Shown: piece by piece, positions 1 to 10,383 of the stretch
How the letters are laid out: each line of letters opens with the position of its first letter
Position numbering within the stretch: the first letter of the stretch is position 1
Assembly: GCA_963665275.2 (NCBI GenBank)
Contig: CAXXIN010000013.1
Span: 96,001-160,000 of the forward strand
DNA: 64,000 nt
Origin: Negativicutes bacterium
GTDB lineage: Bacteria > Bacillota > Negativicutes > UBA1444
Direction: 5' to 3'
Program-made: the position numbers and the translations under genes
Notes under the pieces: model-generated
Seen by the model: the letters and a program-made list of their open reading frames with translations, nothing else
Told to the model about the DNA's origin: nothing
Databases searched by the model: none

Positions 1-2705
1 ATAATCCACGCTTCCCACGTTGGCACCGTTTTGACAGGGGACACGTTCAGTTCAGCATTACAATCTCTAACAATCCGTGGTTCCCACGCTGGCGCCAATT
101 TTTCGAGAGGCACAGTCACTTCAGCAGGGATTAACTCCGGTATGCTTTCACTTGTCGCTGGGGCAGCATCTCTCACAATCCACGGTTCCCATGCCGGCGA
201 CGATATTTCGGAAATCACATTCTCTTCCACGGCGACTAACTCTTCCGGTATGCTAACACTTTGTTCTTGGGCGGAATCTCTTTCAATCCAAGTTTCCCAC
301 AGCGGTTCCGTTTTTTCGGGAATCGCAGTCTCTTCAAAGGAGACCAACTCCTCCGGTATGCTAACACTTTGTTCTTGGGCGGAATCTCTTTCAATCCAAG
401 TTTCCCACAGCGGTTCCGTTTTTTCGGGAATCGCAGTCTCTTCAAAGGAGACTAACTCCTCCGGTATGCTAACACTTTGTTCTTGGGCGGAATCTCTCGC
501 AATCCACGTTTCCCACAACGGTGCATCGCCCGTCAGTTCGGGATGGGCTGCCGACGGTTCACGGCCCGCAAGTTTTGACTTGATGCGAATCGTAACATTT
601 TTCCTTAACCTGTTACGGTTTTGCTGTTCAGTTGGTAAAACGGCGCCCGCAGTCACAGTTTCGAGAATTGGAACCGTAGTCTGTTCCATAGAACGAGGCT
701 CTTCGAGTATCTCTTCGCGAGCCTCTTCCGCTCTAGCCTGCTCCGTTTTAGGTTTTCTATTGAAACCGAAGAAAAACAACAACAACATTATTAATCCGGC
801 AAATGCTGCTCCAACGATGATAATCGGTTTCTTATATTGCCCCCAGTAACGGGTAAACACCCCTTGTGCAACCGGTTGCACAACCGAGGTGCTGTTATCA
901 ACATCACGCACATCCACAGAAAAAATCCGGCCTGGTTGCCGGAACGCCATGACATTCCCCACCAGAGGCTCGTAATGTCCGGGGCGATTCAAAAACCGCA
1001 ATGCCGCCACAAGTAACCCGCCGTTCTGTTTTGTTGAAAATACAATAACTGGAGCTCCGTTATTCCCGGCGATTTTCCCCACAACCGAATTCAAATTGGG
1101 TTGTAACTCAGTCGGTATTGGCGGATTATTGTCCTGATACCCAGCTACACTCTGTCCCGGCAGAGTCGGCATGAGGTCTTGCAAAAAGGGCGGTTCATTC
1201 CCGGCGTTGATCAACGCGACGACATATTGATCCGGTGGAAGAAAAGTCTGCGCCGCCAGCGTCTGCAGGGTTGGAAAAGCATAGGTCGCCGTTGGCAGCT
1301 GCCGATTAAGGAAAACCATTAGCTCAGCGATCATTTTAAGCGGATCGCCCAACTTTTCATCCAGCAATACCGTCCCTTGTCGAGCAAAAAATATGCCGAT
1401 ATTGGACCACCCAAAATGATCCAGCTTTTGCTGTCCCGTTCCCCACATGTAACTGTTGGGAGAAACTTGCACCGAATGAGTAGTCCCACGAATCTGGCAC
1501 TGCCCCTGCTCTTCGGGATAATTTACTTGAACGTTCAGATTATTTTTCGACAACATCTCGGTACCAGTAGGCAGGGCAATATCTCTGCTAAATTGGCCTG
1601 CTTGATCCAGTGCCGAACTGTGCATCAATTTGCTGTTAAAGAACACATCAAGCCTTGCGGGCCTGGCCTGGTCAAATGCCACCATATTGGATCCTTCAAG
1701 GTGAATACCCATTTTTTCCGGTACATTCCCCCAAAGTGACGGGTATAGCGGGAAATCGGACGATACTTGCAAAACACCTTCCTGAACCGTCTGATTGCCG
1801 AATGAAATTTTTTCCGTTCCTTTTCCATCAGAATTCGTGGCAGAATTACTTTCGGGGGTGCGGCCAACGACCGAATTGCGCGGGAAAACCGGCAAATCCG
1901 CAAGCTGTCTCGCCACGGATTCAAGCTCACTTACACTACCCGCTGAAAGCAACAAGGTATTCGGATCCGCCAAGGCAATTCCGGCCTGCGTTTTGTTAAA
2001 ATAGGCAGGCAACTGGTTTCGCAAGGCGACCCAAATGCGAGGTGTGTTGGGTCGATCTCCCACCTCCCCCGCTTTAGCGATCTGAACATCCAAATGGGGA
2101 TAGTTTTTCTTTAATATGCCAAACGCCCACGCTGCCGGCGTCATTTCAGCCAATCCGGCATTATCGGGAACTACAATCAGCGCCGACTGTTGAAAATTGC
2201 CAAAAAAGTCCGCTACGCTGCGAACCGGCATCATATCATAATTCAAATCAATTTTTGTATCATTATGAACTGTATAAAATAGACCGCCTGTATAATAATC
2301 GCGGCAGAGATCATTGGAAATGAACATGTTCGCTTTGATCTGGAGGCGGAAAGCATCTCGAAACTCACCATCCAGCGGCAGATTGACTGTGATTTTTTTC
2401 TGTGCTCTCAGTTGTTTTACGGTTTTGCTCTCCAACAACTTATCGTTGAAATAAAATGAAAACAGAGCATCATCGTGAAGTTGAGGACTCGGCGTAAGTG
2501 AAAAAGTGGCAGAAGCCGAATAAATTTTAGCTAACCGTGGCACTGGAAACACCATTGACAAGGATGAGTTCGGAGCCTTAACGACAAGCTCTTTCTCGAA
2601 TTCGAGCGCATCCAGTCCAACGCTGCGATTGGCGGCCTGAACAGGCAATGCAATATGGAATACAAGCAAGACCGTAAGCATTATTCCAACAAATTTTCTA
2701 GTCAT
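1..2705 (-). CDS. BcsB-like (cellulose synthase regulator family) membrane-anchored protein with long acidic C-terminal repeat tail; 3' end beyond the window
   Basis: Not in the ORF track; manually translated. ATG at 2705 after SD GGGAGGGGAG gives MTRKFVGIMLTVLLVFHIALPVQAANRSVGLDALE...FPVPRLAKI...FISNDLCRD...NYPEEQGQC...WSNIGIFF, then a TM helix (IIIVGAAFAGLIMLLLFFFGF). The frame stays open to base 1. Clearly paralogous to 29373..31382. Confidence 0.85.
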   Translation of the reverse strand, partial: MTRKFVGIMLTVLLVFHIALPVQAANRSVGLDALEFEKELVVKAPNSSLSMVFPVPRLAKIYSASATFSLTPSPQLHDDALFSFYFNDKLLESKTVKQLRAQKKITVNLPLDGEFRDAFRLQIKANMFISNDLCRDYYTGGLFYTVHNDTKIDLNYDMMPVRSVADFFGNFQQSALIVVPDNAGLAEMTPAAWAFGILKKNYPHLDVQIAKAGEVGDRPNTPRIWVALRNQLPAYFNKTQAGIALADPNTLLLSAGSVSELESVARQLADLPVFPRNSVVGRTPESNSATNSDGKGTEKISFGNQTVQEGVLQVSSDFPLYPSLWGNVPEKMGIHLEGSNMVAFDQARPARLDVFFNSKLMHSSALDQAGQFSRDIALPTGTEMLSKNNLNVQVNYPEEQGQCQIRGTTHSVQVSPNSYMWGTGQQKLDHFGWSNIGIFFARQGTVLLDEKLGDPLKMIAELMVFLNRQLPTATYAFPTLQTLAAQTFLPPDQYVVALINAGNEPPFLQDLMPTLPGQSVAGYQDNNPPIPTELQPNLNSVVGKIAGNNGAPVIVFSTKQNGGLLVAALRFLNRPGHYEPLVGNVMAFRQPGRIFSVDVRDVDNSTSVVQPVAQGVFTRYWGQYKKPIIIVGAAFAGLIMLLLFFFGFNRKPKTEQARAEEAREEILEEPRSMEQTTVPILETVTAGAVLPTEQQNRNRLRKNVTIRIKSKLAGREPSAAHPELTGDAPLWETWIARDSAQEQSVSIPEELVSFEETAIPEKTEPLWETWIERDSAQEQSVSIPEELVSFEETAIPEKTEPLWETWIERDSAQEQSVSIPEELVAVEENVISEISSPAWEPWIVRDAAPATSESIPELIPAEVTVPLEKLAPAWEPRIVRDCNAELNVSPVKTVPTWEAWI
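5..520 (-). repeat. In-frame tandem 108-bp (36 aa) repeat, unit PLWETWIERDSAQEQSVSIPEELVSFEETAIPEKTE, degenerating toward the C-terminus
   Basis: GGTATG anchor recurs at 139, 247, 355, 463 (period 108). The first Trp codon of the PxWExW motif is at 515, 407, 299, 191, 86 and 17. Confidence 0.95.
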
Positions 2706-3045
2706 TTCTACTCCCCTCCCCACTGTCCGATGCAGACCCATTCCGAAACTTTATTCAATTAATATCGCAATATGCTTTGAGTATTCGATTTAATCATTAG
2801 TGCAATGAATAAATTTCAACAATATATCTTATCCAACATTGATAGAAGTTAGAAGAGATTATTTACACTTACACCTATTTTACTATATCTTACAGCGAAT
2901 CCCGTCACGCTGTCTATAACATAATAAATAATCACTCTTTGAAAAACTATTACTACTTCAATTTAATCATAAAGCATCTCCGGCTTCTTTGCCATTATCC
3001 GAAAGTAGAATCTTGTTGACTGCAACGCAAGCGCCGCTCTTGCTA

Positions 3046-3567
3046 TTATAATTTTCCATTTCGGATAAATTCAAGAATCCGTCCGCCCAATGCGATTCGC
3101 ATAAAAAAATAAAGCAAAAACAGCACACTGATATTATCTAATAAGTCCAGCTGTTTTATTCTGTATCCACCCATCTGCAAGAATCCCTGCCAGGCTTCAT
3201 TAACGGGTTTGGGAAACTGCCAACCTTCAAGAGGCCAAAAAAAGATTCCGGGATGAAGCCACATTACATCCAACATATCATGAAACAGTATCCCCAGGAA
3301 AACTGTTGACAGCCACAAATTGCGATTCCAAAGCCACTGAATGATCATCAGCAACCCAATGCATCCCAGAAAAGAGAAAGAATGGCCAAACGAGCGGCTC
3401 TCATATTCATAGCTTCCTGCCAACAAGCTAGCCAGTGGCTTGTCAATCAAATCCGGCAATAACGATGCGATAGCCAAAATCCGGTAGTCGATCTGTCGCA
3501 GCCGCAATCCTTTTTCCAGCAGTTTCACTCCAGTGGTCGTAAATCCAATATGGGATAAAGGTAACAT
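3046..3567 (-). CDS. Membrane-bound metal-dependent hydrolase (YdjM-like)
   Basis: N-terminal His, LLPDLIDK, RSFGHS, HDMLD, FFWPL motifs; hydrophobic; SD GGAGG. Confidence 0.8.
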   Translation of the reverse strand: MLPLSHIGFTTTGVKLLEKGLRLRQIDYRILAIASLLPDLIDKPLASLLAGSYEYESRSFGHSFSFLGCIGLLMIIQWLWNRNLWLSTVFLGILFHDMLDVMWLHPGIFFWPLEGWQFPKPVNEAWQGFLQMGGYRIKQLDLLDNISVLFLLYFFMRIALGGRILEFIRNGKL

Positions 3568-3595
3568 TTTTCCTCCGGTTTACTTGATATAATGG

Positions 3596-4858
3596 TTAAT
3601 TGTTTTGATTATTCATGCCCAACACCTTGACGTTGAATCCTGCATCTTTCCATTTCGCATGGTTCAAGCAATTTCGGGTGTCGAACAGTTGCTTGTTCCT
3701 CATGAGAAGTCCCAGTTCAGGCGCGGAAAGATATTTATATTCTTTATGATCCGCCAGCAGCACCACCAAATCAGAGGCTAAAAACGCTTCTTCGAGATTC
3801 GACATTTCAAATTCATAGTTTTTTACATATGGATCGTAAATTTTCACGCCGATATTTTTCTTCACAAGTTCTCGTATGACTTCCGTCGCAGGGCTTTCAC
3901 GGATGTCATCCACATTGCCCTTGTATGCAACTCCCAGAACAGTGACCTTGGGATCGGCAATCTGCTCCAACATTTTCTCCACTAGTCCAGCGACAAAGTG
4001 CGGCATCGTATTGTTTATTTCCCGACTAAGTTGAATTAGCTTGGCATTCCTGGATTTTTCAACGATGAACCAAGGATCAACCGCCAGACAATGTCCTCCA
4101 ACTCCAGGTCCCGGTTGGTGCAGATTTACTCTCGGATGCATGTTGGCAAGTTTAATTACTTCCAGTGCATCCAAATTTAATTCATACGCGATTTTGCAGA
4201 CCTCATTGGCCAATGCAATGTTCACATCGCGAAAGGTATTCTCCATCAATTTCGCCATTTCCGCCGAGGTGGCATCCGTAATGACCAAATTTCCTTGAAC
4301 CACCTTTTCATAAATCTCTCTGGCTTTTTCGGCGGACTGGTTGTTGATGCCGCCAATGATCCGATCATTGCTAACGAATTCATGCAAAATATTCCCCGGC
4401 AATACCCGCTCCGGACAATGCGCCAGAAAAATCTCTTCGCCGATTCCATAGCCACTTTTCAATAATATGGGAATCAAAATATCTGCCGTGGTGCGCGGGG
4501 GGCAAGTGGACTCCAAAATCACCAAATTCCCTTTTCGCAAGAACGGCAATATCGATTCAGCAGCCTTTGTAACGTACGTCAAGTCTGCAGTATTATCGCT
4601 TTTAATCGGAGTTGGAACGGCAATAATGAAAGTATCAGCTTCTTCGGGCATTAGCTGCGCACGCATGTTACCTGATTGAACCGCCGCATAGACAACGGTT
4701 TTCAGTCCCGGTTCGTTAATATGAATCTGGCCTTTGTTTATTACATCAACAATCTTGGAATCAACGTCAACGCCAATAACTTGAAACCCATTTGTCGCCA
4801 AAATACTTGCGGTTGGAAGGCCAATATACCCTAGCCCCAAAACACATATTTTATTCAC
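3596..4858 (-). CDS. wecC: UDP-N-acetyl-D-mannosamine (UDP-HexNAc) dehydrogenase
   Basis: GLGYIGLP, IAVPTP, ESTCPP, HCPERVLPG, KLMENTFRDVNIA, PGPGVGGHC, AYKGNVDDIRESP. GTG start 8 nt after GGAGG. Confidence 0.88.
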   Translation of the reverse strand: MNKICVLGLGYIGLPTASILATNGFQVIGVDVDSKIVDVINKGQIHINEPGLKTVVYAAVQSGNMRAQLMPEEADTFIIAVPTPIKSDNTADLTYVTKAAESILPFLRKGNLVILESTCPPRTTADILIPILLKSGYGIGEEIFLAHCPERVLPGNILHEFVSNDRIIGGINNQSAEKAREIYEKVVQGNLVITDATSAEMAKLMENTFRDVNIALANEVCKIAYELNLDALEVIKLANMHPRVNLHQPGPGVGGHCLAVDPWFIVEKSRNAKLIQLSREINNTMPHFVAGLVEKMLEQIADPKVTVLGVAYKGNVDDIRESPATEVIRELVKKNIGVKIYDPYVKNYEFEMSNLEEAFLASDLVVLLADHKEYKYLSAPELGLLMRNKQLFDTRNCLNHAKWKDAGFNVKVLGMNNQNN

Positions 4859-4913
4859 TACCGCTTCCTCCAATCCTGCTGTCAACCCCGCTACGCCGTT
4901 AAGCCTTCTCTAT

Positions 4914-5849
4914 CTAGCCAACAATCACAATTTCACCCGTTTTCTCTTCAGTGAGTTTTTGGTAACCCTTTACGACAAAAGCCCACCCGCAATACATTTT
5001 ATTGTGCTGATTCCTATCCCATTGCTTCGCATAATCCAGAAAGGTCTTGCGATCAAACAATTCGTACATGACTTTTAATTGTGCGATGTGAAGGCGATGA
5101 TAAAACGGGCTGGATAGCTTATTGCCCACATCATATTTTGACCAATAGCCGCAATCAAATAGTGCAAGATCCTGTTCAAGGGCATTGACGGCATTATCGA
5201 GAAACTGCTTGTACTGAGGATCTCCGCTGGCCTTATAATAGTCGAAAAGTCCCCAAGTGGAAAATATCCATCCGTTGAGCACCACTGGTTTCTCGATATA
5301 TTCTTTGAACCACATTTTCCCATCGTTATATTGCGTACAGCCTCCATCGGCAATAGCACGACACATGAAATCAACAGCCCGCTTTGCTGCCTGCAAATAT
5401 TTCAGGTCGCGGGTTTCCATGTACGCCCGTGCCAACAATGAAGCGCCTTCCCCTTGAGCCATTGACGAGTAGGGTGGGGATATATTGACAATCGAAAATG
5501 TATTCCAGGCTCCACTTTCTTCTTGGTTGGCCAGGGCCCAGTCGACAGTTCGCATGAAAAGCTGTTTGTATTTTTTTTCCCCAGTCATGAGGTATAAATC
5601 GTATGCACCCAATCCATACTGAAATATGGCAATCGAAAAATAAACTCGTTTCCCTTCATTTGTTATGTTATATACAAGGCTGGTTTCATCCAGCAGTACA
5701 CCGGGATTCAATACTTTTTCTGTAAGATTATTGTAATAACCCTTTACTTCACTCTTGGAATAAGTTCTCCCCGCATCCTGGATAACATGGAGAACACTTC
5801 TTCCACTTAACATCTTGATCCATTTATTCAAGAGGCGGACTGCTTTCAT
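4914..5849 (-). CDS. D-glucuronyl C5-epimerase family protein
   Basis: IFQYGLG, YSSMAQGEGASLLARAY, KEY, VLNGWI, WSKYD, FYHRLH motifs match the C5-epimerase C-terminal catalytic domain. Confidence 0.85.
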   Translation of the reverse strand: MKAVRLLNKWIKMLSGRSVLHVIQDAGRTYSKSEVKGYYNNLTEKVLNPGVLLDETSLVYNITNEGKRVYFSIAIFQYGLGAYDLYLMTGEKKYKQLFMRTVDWALANQEESGAWNTFSIVNISPPYSSMAQGEGASLLARAYMETRDLKYLQAAKRAVDFMCRAIADGGCTQYNDGKMWFKEYIEKPVVLNGWIFSTWGLFDYYKASGDPQYKQFLDNAVNALEQDLALFDCGYWSKYDVGNKLSSPFYHRLHIAQLKVMYELFDRKTFLDYAKQWDRNQHNKMYCGWAFVVKGYQKLTEEKTGEIVIVG

Positions 5850-5885
5850 CTCTTATCTCCCACTCGCTTGGAAAACACTAAAAAT

Positions 5886-6880
5886 TCAAAACCCCTTTGA
5901 TTGTCGATAGCCTGCCAGAATCTGATCCACCGTCCGAGTTGCCCGAGCCGCACTGGCAGCATCGCCGGGGCACTTGCCCACACCATTGAGCTCATCAACG
6001 ATGGTTTGGATAAAGGGCTGCTGCACATGAACCGGGTTAGCATAGTGCAGTTCCCTGATACCCTCCTTCGTATGAACGTATACCGGCTGATCCGAGAAAA
6101 AAGGCAAACCGGATTCTCCCGGTAGAACCTTCAATGACCACTTCGTCGCGGTATTCAAAGCAAGTGTAGCCCCAACTGCCGGTACCCAGTACCCCGGACG
6201 CGGATCTCCAGAGCGCCGTCACGACATCCTCGACCTCATATAATCCAGCCTGATTTCCCGCAATGCCCACGCACTTCCTCCATCGGGCCGAAAAGGAAGT
6301 CCATCATATCAATCACGTGGATGCCGCTATCGAGAAACTTGCCGCCGCCGGCGATTTGCGGCAACAACCTCCACGGCAAATGGTCGCGGTCAAAATCTGT
6401 CGGCTGAGGCGGTTGGTATTGCGTTACCTGGACGATTCGCACTTCGCCAATAGCTTTTTGATCCAGAAGATCTTTAATTTTGATGAACCGGTCCATCGCC
6501 CGGCGATAAAAAGCAACATAGAGCGGCGTCTGTGCCAATTCAGCTGCACGGATCATTTCCAGGCAATCTTCGTATCGATCGGCCATGGGCTTTTCTACAT
6601 AGGCCACTTTACCATGTTTCGAGCATAACAGGGCATACTGCTTGTGGAAGGCAGGCGGCGTCGCGACATACACCGCGTCGATTTCCGCATCACTCATCAT
6701 CTCTTCCACAGAAGCGTAAACCTTCGGCACGCCATGTCGCTTCGCATAGTCCACGGCCCGCTCTTCATGAAGGCTGAAAACGCCCTGCAGCGTGGAGTGG
6801 TTGGCTTTGTAAAGCCCCGGGCCGCTTTTCACTTCCGTCACTGCGCCGCAGCCAATCATCCCCCAGCGAATAGTCCTCAT
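5886..6880 (-). pseudogene. Gfo/Idh/MocA oxidoreductase split by two +1 homopolymer frameshifts (may be intact in vivo)
   Basis: WGMIGCG, VYVATPP, YVEKP and HVIDM motifs. Continues via ORFs 6037..6270 and 5886..6158, with frame changes at the G3 run 6266-6268 and the T6 run 6097-6102. Confidence 0.85.
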
Positions 6881-6925
6881 AGCACACCTCCTGTTGAAAT
6901 TGTCAATGCAGCAATTATTGCAGCG

Positions 6926-8085
6926 TTACACTTCGTAATCATCCAGTATCGTCCGAAGAATATCTTTCTCGGAGTAATGTTCAAGAACATACTGTCTTTC
7001 AGCGTTTGCTTCGATTTTACCTGCCTGCCACAATCGATGATACTCCATGATTCCTTCAGCAATAGCTTCCGGATGAATGCTGGCAAACAAACGCTCCGGT
7101 TTCCCTCGCAAAACCTCTGGAAAAGCGCAAATCGGCGTAGCCAAAACAGGAGTTCCACAGGCCATGGCTTCGAGAACAGGCAGGCCAAATCCTTCACCAT
7201 CAATGGATGGCATAATAAAAACATCTGCGGCCTGATATCGTTGCACAACTTCCTCATCAGGCACATACCCCAAGAATGATACCGAGCCGGCCAATCCCAA
7301 CTCCGTCGCCCAGTTGCTCCAACTCGTTTCGCATGGGTCCCTTTCCGCCGATAATCAGCTTGGCATGAGGAATGCGATCTTTGATCAGCGCAAATGCTCG
7401 AATCAAATTGTCCAGGCCCATTCGCGCCTGCAGTCCGCGAAGCGTATAGATAATGAAATCAGTGGCTTCCATAGCTAATTCCGACCGAACCGACTCCCGA
7501 TTGACCGGCAAAACGAAGATGTCCATGTCGATCCAATCAGGCACAATTCGAATCTTGGCGCCGAACGCTTCATAGTCTGTAATCCGGACCCGCGTATAGT
7601 CTGAAATGCAGTGGATTTTCGCGCTGCGCGCATACACGGCATTTTCGATATGGGTCATCATGCGTTCCTTCAAGCTTGAATCTTGGGACAAAGTTCCCAG
7701 CATTTTATGATGGTAGATCATCGGGTCGTGAACCGTAAATATTTTCCTAACTTTGGAGGACAAATACCGGGATAAAAAATAGTAAGTCATATAGTCATGT
7801 CCGTGCAATACATCCGGTTCCTGGTCCCCAAAATGCGTTTTCCAGCCGCGCCAGCAGTTCGCCATCATCGTTGCAAAATTCATCACTGAACTGCGCCGTT
7901 TTTGAAATGCGAAGGTATATACGGGGACTCCTTCCAATTCGTAGGACTCACATAGGGTACTGGGGCAGAATATTACCGCGTCAAATCCGCACTTGCGCAA
8001 GCTTTTGGCGTGTGTAAGTGCAACCACTTGCAACCCCCCGTTTTTGCCGCGGATCTGCCGAAGATAGTATGGTTATTTTTTTCAA
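6926..8085 (-). pseudogene. GT4 glycosyltransferase split by two homopolymer frameshifts (may be intact in vivo)
   Basis: TTG start 8085 after AGGAG (MKKITILSSADPRQKTGG). Shifts at the G6 run 8034-8039 and the G3 run 7309-7311. The C-terminal piece has EGFGLPVLEAMACG. Confidence 0.85.
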
Positions 8086-8157
8086 TGAGTTAATTCTCCT
8101 TTCTCTAATGAGCAAGAAGTTGAAACAAGCTGTTTCTGCGCTGTTCTTTCAGTATTA

Positions 8158-9057
8158 TTATCCATATCTCCGATACCAATAGGCCGATAACCATCGAAGG
8201 GGTTTGAGAATATCCGTGATATTTATTAACCCATCGGTCACTTCCCACTGGTCATTATAATTGTAGGTATGCAGTTTTTGATTTTTCTCGCACCAATCGG
8301 GCCCAATCTCCGATATTGGCTTCTCCTCGTAGTGTGTTTCCGTCAAGCTGGTGATCTCGTTAAATACCACAGATAATCCATATTTTCCGGAACAGTTTTG
8401 AGCCGGTCGAATTAATTTTCCGTCACAAAAAAATAGGTTTCCTGCCGGACGCGCTGTTCGAGAATCTCGATTAACCGGATTTTGCGTGTGGGGGAGTCCA
8501 TTCCGAATATAAAGAATCAGCAAAAAAGACGTGCAAATCCCCAGCATATGCAGGATTTTTCGCATCCAGCATATTGGTAAACAACCACCACTTTTTATTG
8601 TAAAAAAACAACGTTGAATCAGCGGTCTTAAACCCGCTCATCAACACTCGCTTCAATATCCATTGATCGGGGAAAATTTACAGCCTCATACAATTCAACC
8701 GTATTGTTGACGCTGGTATCTGGAATCATAAAAAATTCCTTGATCTGTCTTAAACAGAAAAGGATAGGCGAGGTGATGCTCTTTTTCCAATACAACCTGG
8801 GGCGTTGAATACTTTCCATGCTCGTCAATCTCAATGCAGCTAATAACGCCTTTCCGCTTTTTCAGATGAAAATCCTCAAAAAAAACAAAGTGCTTCCCTG
8901 CATTTTCAATCACAAACGGATCGGCAAAAAATCTTCCTGCCGAGGGGCGAATGATTTGGAAATCATTCATGGGCAAGGGTAAGGAAAAAGGCTGTTTCTT
9001 GCGAAATGCAATAAACCATTGCTGAAAAACAAATAATCTCTCCAGTGAAATCATCAC
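8158..9057 (-). pseudogene. GINT1-N / GH32-like beta-propeller protein split by three +1 homopolymer frameshifts
   Basis: FFADPF, HLAYPF, MIPDT, KWWLF, QNPV, ARPAG, LHTYN spread over four ORF fragments. Shifts at runs 8730-8735, 8669-8672 and 8490-8494. Homologous to the C-terminal half of 19443..21146. Confidence 0.8.
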
Positions 9058-9081
9058 TTACCCCCTTCGCGGTGTATTCAA

Positions 9082-10344
9082 CTACTGTTTCTGTGTAACG
9101 CGATTAATAACTGTGATTAGCTTCCCCGTCAGCACTTTATAATCAAACTCCGCCGCACCGATTTTTGCATTCCTGCCCATTTGTTCGTATTGTTCCTTCG
9201 GCATGTCATGCACTTTCAGAATCGTCCAGGCAAGAGCCTCAGGCGTCGACACTTCCAGCGAAAGCCCGCATGCATACTTTTCCAGCAGACAGTATCCCAT
9301 TTTTATTGTCGAAATAATCGGCTTCCCTGATGCCATATATTCAAACAACTTATTGGAGCTGTTTCCCCTTGTCCAATTGTACCTCGATGGAGAATAGTTC
9401 AAAATGTTGACTGACGATTTACTCAGAATATAGGGAATACAGCGTTTATCCACATAGCCTTTTAACTTCACATTGGCAATTTCTTCGTCCAAAATACGCT
9501 TCTGTAGTGCTTCCATTTCATTGCCGTCACCGTAAATAAGGAACTGGATATCGGTATGTTCCTTCAGCAAAACTGCGGCATCCAGTAGGTTTCCGACATC
9601 ATTAACCGGGCGAATCGAGCCGGCGTAGACGACATTGAATTTATCGTCTTCCAAGTCACTGTCACTAACGGGGTTATCAGCAATGGACTTTTGGAAAACT
9701 TCTAAATCTACACCGTTGTTGATGTAGTAGCATTTTCCCAAGTCAAGATCCCCACCATGCGCGGTATCCCATTTATGCTCTTTGAGGTAGCCTGTATCCC
9801 CTTCCTTGGTGAAAATCATCGCATCAGCATTACGATAAATCCAGTGTTCGCCTGCGGTCAAGCATTTTCCCAGCAGACTGCGCTCTTTGAGTTTGCCAAA
9901 TGTGAATATGGCATCCGGCCACAAATCACGCACCTCACAGATGCAAGGAATCTTAAATTGCCGGGCTACATGAATCCCGGCAATCATCGTCAGGGGATGG
10001 GGGCTGGAAGCAATGATAACATCAGGCTTTCCATGTTCCTTCGCATACTGCCTTGATATCGCCCGCAACCCAAAATAGAACGCGGCCATATTCTTTATCC
10101 GAGCGATCAATCCCTTTGCCGACGATGGCGTGTTCACAAAAACAAAGGGGATTCCCCATTCATTGTTCAATAAATAGGCTCGCCCGTCGTTTATCAGGTT
10201 AACATCAGAATGGTGAAGATAAGAGGCGGCAAAAATTGTCGCCTCCATACCACATTCCTGCAATCGTTTCCCGAAGTTGAAGGGTCTGATTTGTCCGCTC
10301 AGGTTTGGTGGAACTGCATAGTGATGAAAGAACCAAATATTCAT
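9082..10344 (-). CDS. GT4 glycosyltransferase (WbuB-like)
   Basis: DVIIASSPHP, EVRDLWP, YAGSI, NKLFEYMASGKP. Confidence 0.9.
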   Translation of the reverse strand: MNIWFFHHYAVPPNLSGQIRPFNFGKRLQECGMEATIFAASYLHHSDVNLINDGRAYLLNNEWGIPFVFVNTPSSAKGLIARIKNMAAFYFGLRAISRQYAKEHGKPDVIIASSPHPLTMIAGIHVARQFKIPCICEVRDLWPDAIFTFGKLKERSLLGKCLTAGEHWIYRNADAMIFTKEGDTGYLKEHKWDTAHGGDLDLGKCYYINNGVDLEVFQKSIADNPVSDSDLEDDKFNVVYAGSIRPVNDVGNLLDAAVLLKEHTDIQFLIYGDGNEMEALQKRILDEEIANVKLKGYVDKRCIPYILSKSSVNILNYSPSRYNWTRGNSSNKLFEYMASGKPIISTIKMGYCLLEKYACGLSLEVSTPEALAWTILKVHDMPKEQYEQMGRNAKIGAAEFDYKVLTGKLITVINRVTQKQ

Positions 10345-10383
10345 TCAACCACTCCTGTTTTCAACGCCATAATAAATAAGTTC

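Noticed and set aside
139-520. Possible CRISPR array
   Set aside because: Units are contiguous 108-bp in-frame coding repeats with no unique spacers, and no cas genes are present.
31-849. 272-aa plus-strand ORF with repeats
   Set aside because: Antisense shadow of the real minus-strand BcsB-like gene, whose frame is supported by homology to its paralogue.
1377-2004. Several short ORFs on both strands
   Set aside because: They lie inside the unlisted 1..2705 CDS in other frames.
2706-3045. Possible c-di-GMP riboswitch in the AT-rich intergenic region (29157-29372 also checked)
   Set aside because: No GGCAAA/GAAA/GACGCAAAGC-type signature found by eye; an Rfam scan would be decisive.
5846-8834. 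Many small ORFs as separate novel genes or programmed frameshifting
   Set aside because: They join into three ordinary genes. The shift sites are short homopolymers without consistent slippery heptamers or stimulatory structures.
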